From: a virus
Strand: one strand, 5' to 3'
Virus record (IMG/VR): IMGVR_UViG_3300034406_000036
Coordinates: 4,668 to 68,667 of that record
DNA: 64,000 nucleotides
Below, one piece after another: positions 36,635-47,080 of this stretch. A program made the position numbers and the translations under genes. The notes under the pieces were generated by a model that saw only the letters and a program-made list of their open reading frames with translations, was not told where the DNA came from and did no database searches. Numbering within the stretch: position 1 is the stretch's first letter; each line of letters begins with the position of its first letter.

Positions 36635-37117
36635 ATGAGAATACTATGTAAAAATTATTCATGTCCATATAATACAAAGATTAAACCAGAACCTGCTATT
36701 AGAAGAAAATATCATTATGTTCCTTTCGATGATGATTTATATAAGGGAGAATGTTCGGTTCCAGAGAAGGTTGTCTTTGAAGATGCGAGTCAGGAATCTA
36801 GAGATTCTATTTTTAGAATAGCTGAATGTGTTGGAGTAGAAGGAGACGCAGGAGTTTTTATTTGTAAGAAAGTGGATTGTGCCAGTAATACCAATGGTTG
36901 TTGTATTAAAGAACAGGTTCATGTAGATAAAGTGGCTTCTCCAAAAGATGATGGAGTTCGGCAAAAGAGAGATTATTGGGGATGTACAAATTATAATCAA
37001 TCTAAAGTTAACGGTCATATTGATTTGATGAGTACTTCTCGTGTAAAGACTGATTGGATTACTGGAACGCCAACACCTCAAGGCGGACAAATACAAGAAA
37101 ATTTAAAGGAGATATAG
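36635..37117 (+). CDS. Cys-rich hypothetical protein
   Basis: Two C-x4-C-x2-N repeats (DUF1540-like). Confidence 0.5.
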   Translation: MRILCKNYSCPYNTKIKPEPAIRRKYHYVPFDDDLYKGECSVPEKVVFEDASQESRDSIFRIAECVGVEGDAGVFICKKVDCASNTNGCCIKEQVHVDKVASPKDDGVRQKRDYWGCTNYNQSKVNGHIDLMSTSRVKTDWITGTPTPQGGQIQENLKEI

Positions 37118-37320
37118 AATGTTTCAGGTAATGCCATTAACTTGTGATAGATGTGACCATGAATTTAATGAAGGAGATATTGTTTATTCTCTTGAGATAA
37201 GAGAAATGATATCCGATGGTCTTGGTGCCAAGTTTAAAGATTATGATGATGCTCAAAGAATTTCATTGTGTAAAGTATGTTTTCTGTTTTATTTTCCAAA
37301 TCAACCACAAAAAGTGAAGT

Positions 37321-37791
37321 ATGAAAAGACAGGGCAAGATGGATAACACAAGAATATATATTAAGCAGTGCGAAAAGGCAAAGGAGATACAACAGTACTT
37401 TGAGGATAAGCCTATAGAACAGGATGACATTATTTTTTCCTATAACAATAAAAGGGGTTATAGAAGACAGCATCTTGCCCAAATGATTAATGGCGAATGG
37501 TTTGTGCAAGCCGAAGTAGAAGATTCTTTAATTTGGTTACCCCGCCAAGACCAGTTACAAGAAATGGTTTCTGATATTGCAAATCATATTCACCCATCAT
37601 TGCCTAGTTCTTTTATTCATGTCTTTACTCTAGAAGTTGCAAGTAATACTAGTAGGGTAAAGAAAAGTTATGATAAATGTAAATCAATGGAACAATTATG
37701 GCTTGTTTTTGTTATGTGGCAAAAATATAGAAAGATATGGGATGGGGAAGATTGGTTAACGGACGATTTTAAATGGGATGAAAGAGGATAA
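37321..37791 (+). CDS. conserved phage hypothetical protein
   Basis: IWLPRQDQLQEM..SMEQLWL.FVM..WDGEDW. Confidence 0.6.
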   Translation: MKRQGKMDNTRIYIKQCEKAKEIQQYFEDKPIEQDDIIFSYNNKRGYRRQHLAQMINGEWFVQAEVEDSLIWLPRQDQLQEMVSDIANHIHPSLPSSFIHVFTLEVASNTSRVKKSYDKCKSMEQLWLVFVMWQKYRKIWDGEDWLTDDFKWDERG

Positions 37792-38098
37792 TATGAAAAT
37801 TCATGAATGGGCAACGCGTATAGCTAAGTGGAGAGAAGGAAAAGGATTTACAACAAATTGGGAAAATATACCAACAAAATTAATGTTGGTTGTAACTGAA
37901 TTAGCAGAAGCTATGGAGGATTGGCGTAATAATGATAAAGACCATTTTAGAGAGGAAATAGCAGACACTTTTATTAGACTTTTCGATATCTGTGGTTCTT
38001 TGAACATGGAAGATATTGAATATGATATTGAAAAGAAAATGAGAATTAACGAAAATAGACCGTATATGCATGGGAAAGCGCATAAAGGTTTAGAATAA
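37778..38098 (+). CDS. MazG-like NTP pyrophosphohydrolase
   Basis: TELAEAME..EEIADTFIRLFD..N.NRPYMHGK. Confidence 0.8.
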   Translation: MKEDNMKIHEWATRIAKWREGKGFTTNWENIPTKLMLVVTELAEAMEDWRNNDKDHFREEIADTFIRLFDICGSLNMEDIEYDIEKKMRINENRPYMHGKAHKGLE

Positions 38099-38131
38099 TT
38101 TTGATTAATACGTAAAATACGGTATAATAAA

Positions 38132-38362
38132 ATGGGAGATTATAATAAGGATTTAGGGGATATCTGTATCGAATTTATCGGAAAGATATTTCGACAAGCA
38201 GCTCAAGATATAAGATATGGAAATGAAGAAGTAAAACAAGACGCTTTAGATTTTCTAGATTCAGATTATTTTGAAATACTATGTTCGTGGATTCCTGCTA
38301 ATCCTAGTAGAGTTCGGACTATGATATTAAATATGGATAATAGTATAACAGGAAGGTCATAA
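38132..38362 (+). CDS. hypothetical protein, probably leaderless
   Basis: TTGATT-16nt-TATAAT at 38101-38128 directly before the ATG. Confidence 0.55.
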   Translation: MGDYNKDLGDICIEFIGKIFRQAAQDIRYGNEEVKQDALDFLDSDYFEILCSWIPANPSRVRTMILNMDNSITGRS

Positions 38363-38853
38363 TGAAAGGCAAGAAATTGTTTGGCCCAGCAGGGGTTCAA
38401 CAAGCTTATTTATTATATTTACAAGGTATTCCAGATAAAGTAATTGAAGAAACCGTACCTGTTTCTCATGCTACATTATCTAAATGGAAAAAAGAAGGGA
38501 ATTGGGAAGCGAAGAGACAAGAATTAATAACTAATATTGCAAAGACCGAAATACAAGGTATGTTTGAAAGCATTAAGCAAGGTACAGAAGATGCTATTGA
38601 CGGTTTGCAAAGTATTAAAGCAAAGGCAAGAGAGGCAATTGAACGAGAACAAGGAGGGTTGGAGCCTCATAAATTTTCAGAAGCAACTCAAAGTTATTTC
38701 AATGCCGTAGAATTAGAACAAAAATTAAAAGTCCGTGGTTTGCAATTTGTTTTTATTGGTGAAGTTGCCAGAATTCTTCAAGAAGAGATTGAAGATAAAC
38801 AATTATTGCACCAAATTGGACTGAAGTTGAGGAAATTAGTTGAGGCGGAGTAA
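38362..38853 (+). CDS. putative terminase small subunit
   Basis: N-terminal HTH (TLSKWKKEGNW), helical body, immediately upstream of TerL. Confidence 0.65.
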   Translation: MKGKKLFGPAGVQQAYLLYLQGIPDKVIEETVPVSHATLSKWKKEGNWEAKRQELITNIAKTEIQGMFESIKQGTEDAIDGLQSIKAKAREAIEREQGGLEPHKFSEATQSYFNAVELEQKLKVRGLQFVFIGEVARILQEEIEDKQLLHQIGLKLRKLVEAE

Positions 38854-40500
38854 TTGTCTGATAAAACAGATTATAATATCAAGGAAGGTTTATTTGAATT
38901 AAGTAAAATATTATCTAAAGCTGAACCTGAAGAACAATTAGGGTTAAGTTTATCCTCTTTTGATGCCTTTATCCAAAACATATTTGCCCAAAGTTATCCT
39001 CAATATTCTTTCGATGCTTGGCATATACGAAAAGCATGCCAGCTTGTAGATAAGAGCAAGGAAGAAGAAAAAGAATTCGCATTTGTATTTCCTAGGTATC
39101 ATTTAAAATCAACACTGATGCATGGATATACAATTTATAGAATGTTAACAGCTGAATATAGTGGATTTGGTTTATATCTAAGTTATAAAGATTCTTTGGC
39201 ATTAATGCACACATTGATGATTAAAGATGCCATAAAGAATAATCCGCTTTTAAATAAAATAATGATAGATATGAGCAAATCTGAATCTGGTCTGAACTAT
39301 ATGGTCGGTGGAAAGAAGATGAAAGTTTATACAGGTGGTATGTTTGGAATGAAAAGAGGTCTTCACACCGATTTGTTTTGTATTTTGGACGACATTTTAG
39401 CAGACCCAGCTAATCCATTGGCATTTACTGAATTGGAGAAAATTGAAAGATTTTTTAATGCGGAAATTATGAACATTCCAAATAAGGGTTGTCCGATGGG
39501 AGTTGTAGGAACAGTTCAAGATGAATCTGACTTACTTTTTAAGTTAAGAGATAATGATAAATTTAATTATTTATTCTTGCCCGCGGAACATCCAGATACA
39601 GTTAATCATCCAGATAAAGAAGTTCTTTGGGAAGACCAATGGCCAATAGAACGATTAAAAGACCAAAAAGAAAAAATTGGAAGTAAAGCATATGCCAGTG
39701 AGTTCTTATTAGCTCCAGTTCGTTCAACCGAAGCTTTTATTAAACCTGATGAGCTAGAACCTGTGATTAATAAAGATTTAAAATGTTATTCTATTAGTAA
39801 ACCTTATCCTTATAAGGGAGAGAATATTGTTGTTGCAGGGGTTGATATAGGTAAAAGACGTCACCCTTCTCATATATCTATTTTTGAATATAGAAAGAAT
39901 GGGGATGCACCAGGAAAATTAGTAATGCTTCATCAGGATTTCTGGGACGGAATGGAATATAATGACCAAGTGGCTAATATAAAAAGGGCAAGAGAAACGT
40001 TTGGAATTGATAAAATAAGAATTGATAATACTCGTGGAGAAATGGATGAAAGAAACTTACCTAAACGTGGTGTTGAATTGGTGAGTATGAATCCTAAAGC
40101 AAAATATAACAAAGCTTTCGATTTTGTAAGAAGAATTGAATCTGAAACCATTGAATTGCTGCATGATGATAGATTTGAAAGACAAATTACTTGTGTTGCA
40201 AATGATTTAACTGCTCCAGATACACCTGAAGGCCACGGAGATTCTTTTGAGTCTGTTAGCATGGCAGTTAATTTATTCGAAGAGACTTGGGGAGAGAAGA
40301 GCGGGCAAACAAAAGAAGTTGCTAATCTACAAGATACATTAGCAGGAACTGAAAGACCTGTATCATCAGACCAGAAGTTTGCCGCTCCTAGTACACAAAA
40401 ATTAGATGGAAGAATATGCTTGTTTTGTTCAATAAGAGGATTTGTAAAAGTATTAGAGGATGGGAAACATAAATGTGGTGCATGTTTTACCACTTGGTAA
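38854..40500 (+). CDS. terL: terminase large subunit
   Basis: PRYHLKST Walker A, KRGLH, ILDD, VVGT; nuclease AGVDIG..HGD; C-terminal zinc ribbon. Confidence 0.88.
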   Translation: MSDKTDYNIKEGLFELSKILSKAEPEEQLGLSLSSFDAFIQNIFAQSYPQYSFDAWHIRKACQLVDKSKEEEKEFAFVFPRYHLKSTLMHGYTIYRMLTAEYSGFGLYLSYKDSLALMHTLMIKDAIKNNPLLNKIMIDMSKSESGLNYMVGGKKMKVYTGGMFGMKRGLHTDLFCILDDILADPANPLAFTELEKIERFFNAEIMNIPNKGCPMGVVGTVQDESDLLFKLRDNDKFNYLFLPAEHPDTVNHPDKEVLWEDQWPIERLKDQKEKIGSKAYASEFLLAPVRSTEAFIKPDELEPVINKDLKCYSISKPYPYKGENIVVAGVDIGKRRHPSHISIFEYRKNGDAPGKLVMLHQDFWDGMEYNDQVANIKRARETFGIDKIRIDNTRGEMDERNLPKRGVELVSMNPKAKYNKAFDFVRRIESETIELLHDDRFERQITCVANDLTAPDTPEGHGDSFESVSMAVNLFEETWGEKSGQTKEVANLQDTLAGTERPVSSDQKFAAPSTQKLDGRICLFCSIRGFVKVLEDGKHKCGACFTTW

Positions 40501-40514
40501 AGGAGGGAAAATAA

Positions 40515-40880
40515 ATGACAATGAGAGAAATGGTGCCAAACAGATACGTAGTATCTTATGATAATACTACTAAAACATATCGAATTTTCGATGCTTGGCA
40601 TGAAAGTTATGAAAATGTAGATTTTGAACCAGATATGGAAATTTCTGATGATTCACCAGCTGTTACTTTATTAACAGATGGAGAGGCATACGCTTTAATA
40701 GACCATATAAAATTAATCGGAAAATTACCAAGTTCAGGGTCTGTAAATAATATTAATACAGCTAAGAAAGAAGTAAAATCAGTGAGTGAGGGCACTTTAT
40801 TGAAAGAACATGCTATTGATAAAATAGCTCAGATTGCTGGAATGGGTGCGATTGAAGAGTTGGGCAAGAAAAAGAAATAA
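40515..40880 (+). CDS. hypothetical protein
   Basis: 121 aa between TerL and portal. Confidence 0.6.
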   Translation: MTMREMVPNRYVVSYDNTTKTYRIFDAWHESYENVDFEPDMEISDDSPAVTLLTDGEAYALIDHIKLIGKLPSSGSVNNINTAKKEVKSVSEGTLLKEHAIDKIAQIAGMGAIEELGKKKK

Positions 40881-40911
40881 TTTCTTGGGGGTGACTAGGG
40901 ATTAAAAGACA

Positions 40912-42732
40912 ATGAAATTAAAGGATTATGTGCCAGTAGTTGAAAAAATGAATGAAGGTTTGCTGTCTTTGAGTGATATGATAGGTCAAGGCAACGAGCT
41001 TATTAAATCTGGAACTCGTATTAAAGCTGCAAGAGAAGGAATCGAAATGCTTTATATCGATTTCTTGAGACAGGCTTATGCATATCGTAGGCAAATGCTT
41101 CAAGATTTATATTTGATTGCTTTTGATAATACAGAAATTCGAACCGCTGTTATGCACGTAACTAATGAGGTTTTTAGAAAAGGTTTTGATGAATGGGCTC
41201 CTAAATTTGCATCTAAGTGTCCAAAATGTGGAAAAGAATTTGATGAATTGACTGAATATTGCGATGATTGTTTTGAATATGATACTAAATATGCTATGAG
41301 AACTAAACGTGTTACTGACCCTAATACAGGAGTAACAAAATTAGTTAAAGTTCCTAAAAAACGAAAAGTAATCAAGAGGGATGAAGATGGTAAAAAGATT
41401 GGTGTAAAAACGATTGAACCAAACCCAGCTCAATATGAAGCTTTTGATGATTGGCGAAAACAAGCCAATACTTTTCATCAAAGTTTAGAAGAAGTTTTGA
41501 GGGCATCCCACTTCGATTTAAATATTGCGGATGATTTATTTATTTGGTTGAATAAAGAATATCTTGTTCAAGATAGTGGAGATGTTAGGGAACGAGTAGT
41601 AGAAGCAAGAAGAATTCATCCAGCAGTTATTGAATTTGATTTAAACAAAGAAGGATTACCAGAAGCAAATCACTGGATTTGTATAAATCATAGAGATACT
41701 CCATATGATGAAGGTGGAGTTTGCCATGTACAAGACCCGAAAACTGGGGAAGAATGTGGTTTGGAATTACAACCTGTAATGTATGTTTGGAATCACAGAG
41801 GTAAGAAACTTTATTTGTTGGAGACGGAAATTATCCATATCAGCAAATTTAGTCCAAGTGAAACATATGGTTATTCTCCTCTATTAACTATTCTTCAAAA
41901 GGTATTAACATTATCTGGAATGGACAGATTCTTATATAGATATTTCTTTGAAAGAAAAGCTCCTGCAGGTATGATTTTAACTTATACCGATGACCCAGAA
42001 TCTCTTGAAGATGAAAGGGTTAGAGTTGAAGCAAAAACTCAAGAAGACCCAACATATATGCCATGGGTTGCTGTATCTACTAAATCAGGCAGAGGCAGAA
42101 CTGACTTTGTAAGATTGTTTCATACATTACAAGAAATGGATTATCTTCCAGTTCGAAATGAGATTCGAGAAAGAATTTCAGCTCTTTATGGAGTTTCTCC
42201 AATTTGGATGGGAGCTCCAGAAGAGATGGGTGGAATTTCAACACAAACTCAACAGTTGGTTGTTACAAGCAGAACTGTAGAATCTGACCAAAGATTATAT
42301 AATGAGAAAATTCTTCCAAAGATTCTTGAAGCTTTTGGAATTACTGATTGGGGATTGAATCTAGAACAACCTGAAGAAAAGGTTGAAGCTGTGGTTGTAC
42401 AACAAGCACAAGGAAAGGTTCAATTAGCTGGTATGATGGCGCAAATGGGATTTAAGGTTGAATTGAAGCCTGGTTGTGAAGATATTGATACATTAGATTT
42501 CCAATTTAGTGGTGAAGCAATGAACATGCAGGATATGATGGGTGGAATGGGTGGAATGATGGGCGGAGCTAGCATGGGAAGTTCACCAGTAGGAATGAGT
42601 GCGGATAATGCAGGAGAAGAGAAGTTGCCAGGAGAGGAAGCTTCTTTTAAGAATTACGATTTAGATACAAGTTTAGCTCCGAAAGCGGAAGAGAAAGTTC
42701 ACGGGATGCAAAAAAGATTACCAGGAATATAA
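40912..42732 (+). CDS. portal protein with zinc-ribbon insertions
   Basis: EIIH..YGYSPL, YF..AP.GM, ISALYGVSPIWMG; position after TerL. Confidence 0.85.
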   Translation: MKLKDYVPVVEKMNEGLLSLSDMIGQGNELIKSGTRIKAAREGIEMLYIDFLRQAYAYRRQMLQDLYLIAFDNTEIRTAVMHVTNEVFRKGFDEWAPKFASKCPKCGKEFDELTEYCDDCFEYDTKYAMRTKRVTDPNTGVTKLVKVPKKRKVIKRDEDGKKIGVKTIEPNPAQYEAFDDWRKQANTFHQSLEEVLRASHFDLNIADDLFIWLNKEYLVQDSGDVRERVVEARRIHPAVIEFDLNKEGLPEANHWICINHRDTPYDEGGVCHVQDPKTGEECGLELQPVMYVWNHRGKKLYLLETEIIHISKFSPSETYGYSPLLTILQKVLTLSGMDRFLYRYFFERKAPAGMILTYTDDPESLEDERVRVEAKTQEDPTYMPWVAVSTKSGRGRTDFVRLFHTLQEMDYLPVRNEIRERISALYGVSPIWMGAPEEMGGISTQTQQLVVTSRTVESDQRLYNEKILPKILEAFGITDWGLNLEQPEEKVEAVVVQQAQGKVQLAGMMAQMGFKVELKPGCEDIDTLDFQFSGEAMNMQDMMGGMGGMMGGASMGSSPVGMSADNAGEEKLPGEEASFKNYDLDTSLAPKAEEKVHGMQKRLPGI

Positions 42733-42931
42733 AAATGTCTAAAGATATTACCATTCAAATCGGTGAAAGAAAAGGAGTTGTTTTCCTTATCTTGGGAGAA
42801 GCTCCTAATGAGATATTTTTTGTAAAAGATATGAGTCATAATTATGTTAGAGTTAGTGAAAGTCATTTCAGAAATATATCTAAAAGGACTAAGTTTGATG
42901 AATTTAAATTTTAAAAGGGAGGTAAAGTATT

Positions 42932-43996
42932 TTGGCAAGAGTAGGTAAAATTTCCGAAGGAGAATTTATTCAACTTTGGAACGACTCAACCAAGACGGTT
43001 ATGGAAATAATGCTTACTTGTGGTTTTAGGACTAGAAGTACTGTTTATGACAAAGCCGCCATGCTGGGATTAGAAAAAATTGATAGGAAAGAAAATAAAT
43101 TAAGAGCATTAAGAGGAAATAATATATATGATTTATTTGTAGATGAAAATTCGTTATTAGAAGAACCAAATTATGAAGAACTAATAGATTTATCAGTTAA
43201 ACAAAGTGAGATATTTAAAAAGCTTGTACAAACAAAATTAGAATTAGATGTATATGTTGATACCAATGCTCCGATTATCCTTGTATTTAGTGCGGATTGG
43301 CATTTAGGTGGAGAAGGAGTTGATTATGTATCGTTTAATGATGATATTCAATTCATAAAAATGACACCTAATTTGCTTGTTTATCTTGGCGGAGACGCCA
43401 CTGATAATTTCGTACAACCTTCAAAACTTGGAGGTGTGCTTGCGCAGGAGCCTATTATTAGACAGCGGGCTTTATGCAAAGCAGCAATTGAAGAAATAAA
43501 AAATAAAATTGCTTGTATAGGAACAGGAAATCATGATTGGTGGACAAATCAAGTAGCTGGTGTGGACATTACATCGGAATTAGCTAAAGATTTGAACATT
43601 CTATATACTGGATTGGGTGGTTATTTGAATTTAACAGTAGGAGATATAACTTATGTTATATTCAGAACACATAAAATGAAATTTAATAGTTTATCTAATC
43701 CAACGCATGGAGTAAAGCAAACTTGGCGAACTGGAATCAAGGATTTTGATATTGGAGTCGGAGAGCATGGACATGTTTCGGCGATAGAACCTTTTAAGGG
43801 ACATGGACGAGAAAAGATTGCTATTAAAACAGGAACATATAAGACTTGGGATAGTTATGCCATGGGAAATGGATTCTGGGGTGTAAATATAAATTCTCCA
43901 GCTGTTATTTTGTATCCGAACGAATTTAAAATGATTCCTTTTGCTGATATGAGATTGGCGGCCGAGTTGCTAAATAAGGAAGATGAAAAGTGTTAA
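42932..43996 (+). CDS. calcineurin-like metallophosphoesterase with N-terminal HTH
   Basis: DWHLG, GGD..D, GNHD, TH, HGH. Confidence 0.85.
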   Translation: MARVGKISEGEFIQLWNDSTKTVMEIMLTCGFRTRSTVYDKAAMLGLEKIDRKENKLRALRGNNIYDLFVDENSLLEEPNYEELIDLSVKQSEIFKKLVQTKLELDVYVDTNAPIILVFSADWHLGGEGVDYVSFNDDIQFIKMTPNLLVYLGGDATDNFVQPSKLGGVLAQEPIIRQRALCKAAIEEIKNKIACIGTGNHDWWTNQVAGVDITSELAKDLNILYTGLGGYLNLTVGDITYVIFRTHKMKFNSLSNPTHGVKQTWRTGIKDFDIGVGEHGHVSAIEPFKGHGREKIAIKTGTYKTWDSYAMGNGFWGVNINSPAVILYPNEFKMIPFADMRLAAELLNKEDEKC

Positions 43997-44350
43997 AACT
44001 TGTTTTAAGTGCATAAAGCAGTGGAGAGGTAATATATATCATCCGCGATTGTTTGAAGAAGGAACACGAATATATTGTCTATATTGTGGTTATGAACACG
44101 TAGAAATGTCACCAACACTAGAGGAGGATTTAGAATGCCAGAAGGAGATTCAAGAAGTATTAAACGGAGAATAGAAAAAAAGATTGAAGAAATTGAAGTA
44201 ATTGATGATGGAAAGGCTTGTGGTATGATTGCAGCATCGTCAGGTTGTCGTTTATGCTTAGTTAAGCATGCCCTACAATGGGCACTTGGTAAGCGTGAAA
44301 GAATCAGCGATGTTGATTTTGATATTATGCCATAATCCTTTATAATAAAA

Positions 44351-44821
44351 ATGGATATACAAACCAGGGCAAAACTTAAAAAAGCAATAAAAGATGCTGT
44401 TGAAGAAACATCTTACACAATTCTTGAACGAGCACAAGCTGGTTGTCCAGTAAGAACTGGAGAATTATTACGAAGTGGAAAAGTTCGAGACGCTGGTTCT
44501 GGTTTTGAAATAGTATTTACAGCTCCCCACGCAAGAGTGGTCGGAGAAGGAATTCCAAAAGATGTTCCTATCAGAGGGGTTCAAACTGTTTATGTTAAAC
44601 CTCATATGAGGAAAAGCAGAAGTGGAAAACCAACTATGGTTACTGGTCATACTGCTAGATATGTTAATAAAAGAGTAATCCCGATAGACGGTTCTTTCAG
44701 GGTTATTGATAAGATAAAGAAAAGACCAGCGGTACCATATTTGAAAGATGCCGTAGAAGTCAGTATTGAAGACTTAATAGGCAACATAGAAAAAAATGTT
44801 AAATCAGCATTTAAAGCATAG
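44351..44821 (+). CDS. HK97 gp10-like neck/tail-completion protein
   Basis: CPVRTGELLRS..APHA..PYLKDA. Confidence 0.65.
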   Translation: MDIQTRAKLKKAIKDAVEETSYTILERAQAGCPVRTGELLRSGKVRDAGSGFEIVFTAPHARVVGEGIPKDVPIRGVQTVYVKPHMRKSRSGKPTMVTGHTARYVNKRVIPIDGSFRVIDKIKKRPAVPYLKDAVEVSIEDLIGNIEKNVKSAFKA

Positions 44822-44832
44822 GAGGTGTCAAG

Positions 44833-45174
44833 TTGACAGAAGAGATTACAAAAGACGATTTAATTGAGGAATTGGAAAAACGATTAGTCAGTTTAATAAC
44901 AGTTCCGTTGGTGGAAGAAGATAGAAGAGAAGCTGCAACGTCATTAGTGAATAGACATATGCAGGTTTTTAATGAGGGGTTATCGGCTATTAAGCCTGAT
45001 GATAAAACAGAGGACGAAATTAATAAAGTCGTTTCTCATTTAGTAGGAAAAATTCTTGCTATTTTAGAGAGTCTAGGATTGGAAGATAAGGCATATCGAA
45101 GTTCAAGAAAACTTATTTGCGCTGAGATATATGGATTTAGAGATGAAATTCTCTTGAAGGACGGGGAAGCATAG
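44833..45174 (+). CDS. hypothetical protein
   Basis: 113 aa, RBS GGAGGTG. Confidence 0.6.
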   Translation: MTEEITKDDLIEELEKRLVSLITVPLVEEDRREAATSLVNRHMQVFNEGLSAIKPDDKTEDEINKVVSHLVGKILAILESLGLEDKAYRSSRKLICAEIYGFRDEILLKDGEA

Positions 45175-45199
45175 GACTTAAAGGGAGGTTGTATGATTA

Positions 45200-46321
45200 A
45201 TGGTACAAAAGTCAAAAGAGGTTCAAAAGGCTGAAAAGAGCGTCTTGAAATCTATCGATACTGCCCTTGAAAAAGGCGAAGCCGTTACTAAAATCTTAGG
45301 GGCAGTGACTGGTGGAGTTGGTGGTTATGTCGGTGGTAAGAAAGGTTCAGCCGCTGGTGTTCGAGAAGCATTTCAAGAAAGAGGAATGGCTACTACGAAA
45401 CAAGAAGAAGATGATGAACCTGTTGAAAAGATTTGGCCTGCTGTAGCAGGGGTGGCTTCTAAAGTTGTTCCAGCAGCAACTGGTTATGTTGCTGGTGGAC
45501 AAGCAGCAAAGAAAAAAATCAAGAAAGCTCAAGCCGTTGTTGAAGGTATAGATGCTTTAGTTAATAAGCAAGACGAAATCGAAGAAGAGCAAGTTCCAGT
45601 CGAAGAAACTAATGAGCCTGTCGAAAAAATTGGGCCGTTAGCTGCTGGATTATTGGGCGGTGGTGCTGCCATGGTTGGCAGTAAGGTTTTAGGAATGCAA
45701 GATGAAGATGATGAAACTGGTAGTGAAGATGTACAAATTGGTGCTGGTTTGCTTGCTACTCCTGCTCTGATGAGAGCTGCTCAACAAATGCCTGAAGAAG
45801 ATTTACAAAAAAGCGAAGTTATGCAAAAATTCTTAGGGCCAGGTCTTGCTGGTGGTGGAGCAAGTTATATTTCTTCAAAGAAAGCTGCGAAAGCAGAAAC
45901 AGGTAGATTGTTAGACCAAACTGGTGGTCAACCAATGGCTCAACAAGAAGATGATGAACAAGAAGGGGAACCAGTTGAGAAGCTTGGCCCTCTTGCCGCA
46001 GGTTTGTTAGGCGGAGGAGCCGCATTGCTTGGTAGTAAGGTACTTGGTATGATGGAGAAAATGGAAAATGATGAATTTGATTCGCAAGAGGATTTGGAAG
46101 AAAAGTTAGGAGAAAAAGTTTTGCAGGTTCTAGGAGCTACTGTAAGGGAATTAGAATCAAGTGGTAAATATGATGAACTGATGCAAAGCATTGCTACCAA
46201 CAGCGAACATACTGCAAAAATGGTTGACCCAAAAGGGGAAAAGGGCGAAGCTGATATCGAAAGCGGAACTGGTGTAAATCCAGAGTCTTTGGAACCAAGA
46301 GAAACAACAGAAACGTTATAA
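45200..46321 (+). CDS. Repetitive polyprotein-like virion protein (acidic spacers + Gly/Ala-rich hydrophobic peptides)
   Basis: EPVEK occurs three times, each followed by a hydrophobic Gly/Ala-rich peptide; located in the head module. Confidence 0.6.
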   Translation: MVQKSKEVQKAEKSVLKSIDTALEKGEAVTKILGAVTGGVGGYVGGKKGSAAGVREAFQERGMATTKQEEDDEPVEKIWPAVAGVASKVVPAATGYVAGGQAAKKKIKKAQAVVEGIDALVNKQDEIEEEQVPVEETNEPVEKIGPLAAGLLGGGAAMVGSKVLGMQDEDDETGSEDVQIGAGLLATPALMRAAQQMPEEDLQKSEVMQKFLGPGLAGGGASYISSKKAAKAETGRLLDQTGGQPMAQQEDDEQEGEPVEKLGPLAAGLLGGGAALLGSKVLGMMEKMENDEFDSQEDLEEKLGEKVLQVLGATVRELESSGKYDELMQSIATNSEHTAKMVDPKGEKGEADIESGTGVNPESLEPRETTETL

Positions 46322-46364
46322 TAGGGAGGATAGCAGATGAACTTCTAAGTTCTCTCTATAAAAA

Positions 46365-47072
46365 ATGAAAACAGCTGAAAAAAGAATCAAATTACCAAAA
46401 CCACCTAAAATGAATACCGCTGTACAGCAACGAGTTTTAGGTGATGTTGAAGAATTTGACAAAGAAGATTTTATTCCTGGCAATATGGGAGAAGCTTTAC
46501 CTGCTTCTTCAGATGATTTGGGGGAATCAAGACCTGATGCCAGTAAGGATATTCAGGAAGACCCAAAACCAAAAGAAGTCGAGAGTAAAAAAAGAAAATA
46601 TAGAGTACAATTACCTATTTCAGTTCGGAAAGCCGATGAAGTTGAGAGGGTAATTGTTGCGCATTTTGAGGCGGATGAACATTCAGTTGACCTACAATTA
46701 CTAAACGGCGAATATAAGGTAGTGGTTGATGGAGTGATTCATCCGTTTTATAATGTAACCGATGCTTTGGAGAAGTATTATAAAGAAATACAAAGAATTA
46801 TGGACGAAACCAAAGATGATGTTGGAATGTCCGAAGACCTTACTGCTTTCAGAGACAAGGTAGTTGACCAAAATGCTGTTATTATGCCTTTGCTGGATTC
46901 ATTAGGAAGACAACATGATGTGGAGGCATTAAAAGCAATAAATAAGGATTTAGATACTTTTTTAAAATCACGAATTTATGTAAAACCAAATGAAAAGACT
47001 CCACAAGGAGTTCAAGTAGTTGAAGAAAACGAACCTATTGAGAAAACCAAGGTTTATTTACACCAAAGGTAA
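46365..47072 (+). CDS. putative internal head protein
   Basis: LDTFLK-SRIYVKPNEKTPQG module shared with neighbours. Confidence 0.55.
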   Translation: MKTAEKRIKLPKPPKMNTAVQQRVLGDVEEFDKEDFIPGNMGEALPASSDDLGESRPDASKDIQEDPKPKEVESKKRKYRVQLPISVRKADEVERVIVAHFEADEHSVDLQLLNGEYKVVVDGVIHPFYNVTDALEKYYKEIQRIMDETKDDVGMSEDLTAFRDKVVDQNAVIMPLLDSLGRQHDVEALKAINKDLDTFLKSRIYVKPNEKTPQGVQVVEENEPIEKTKVYLHQR

Positions 47073-47080
47073 CAATCCCG

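Noticed and set aside
39933-40601. 222-aa minus-strand ORF
   Set aside because: Lies antisense to terL and has no recognisable motifs.
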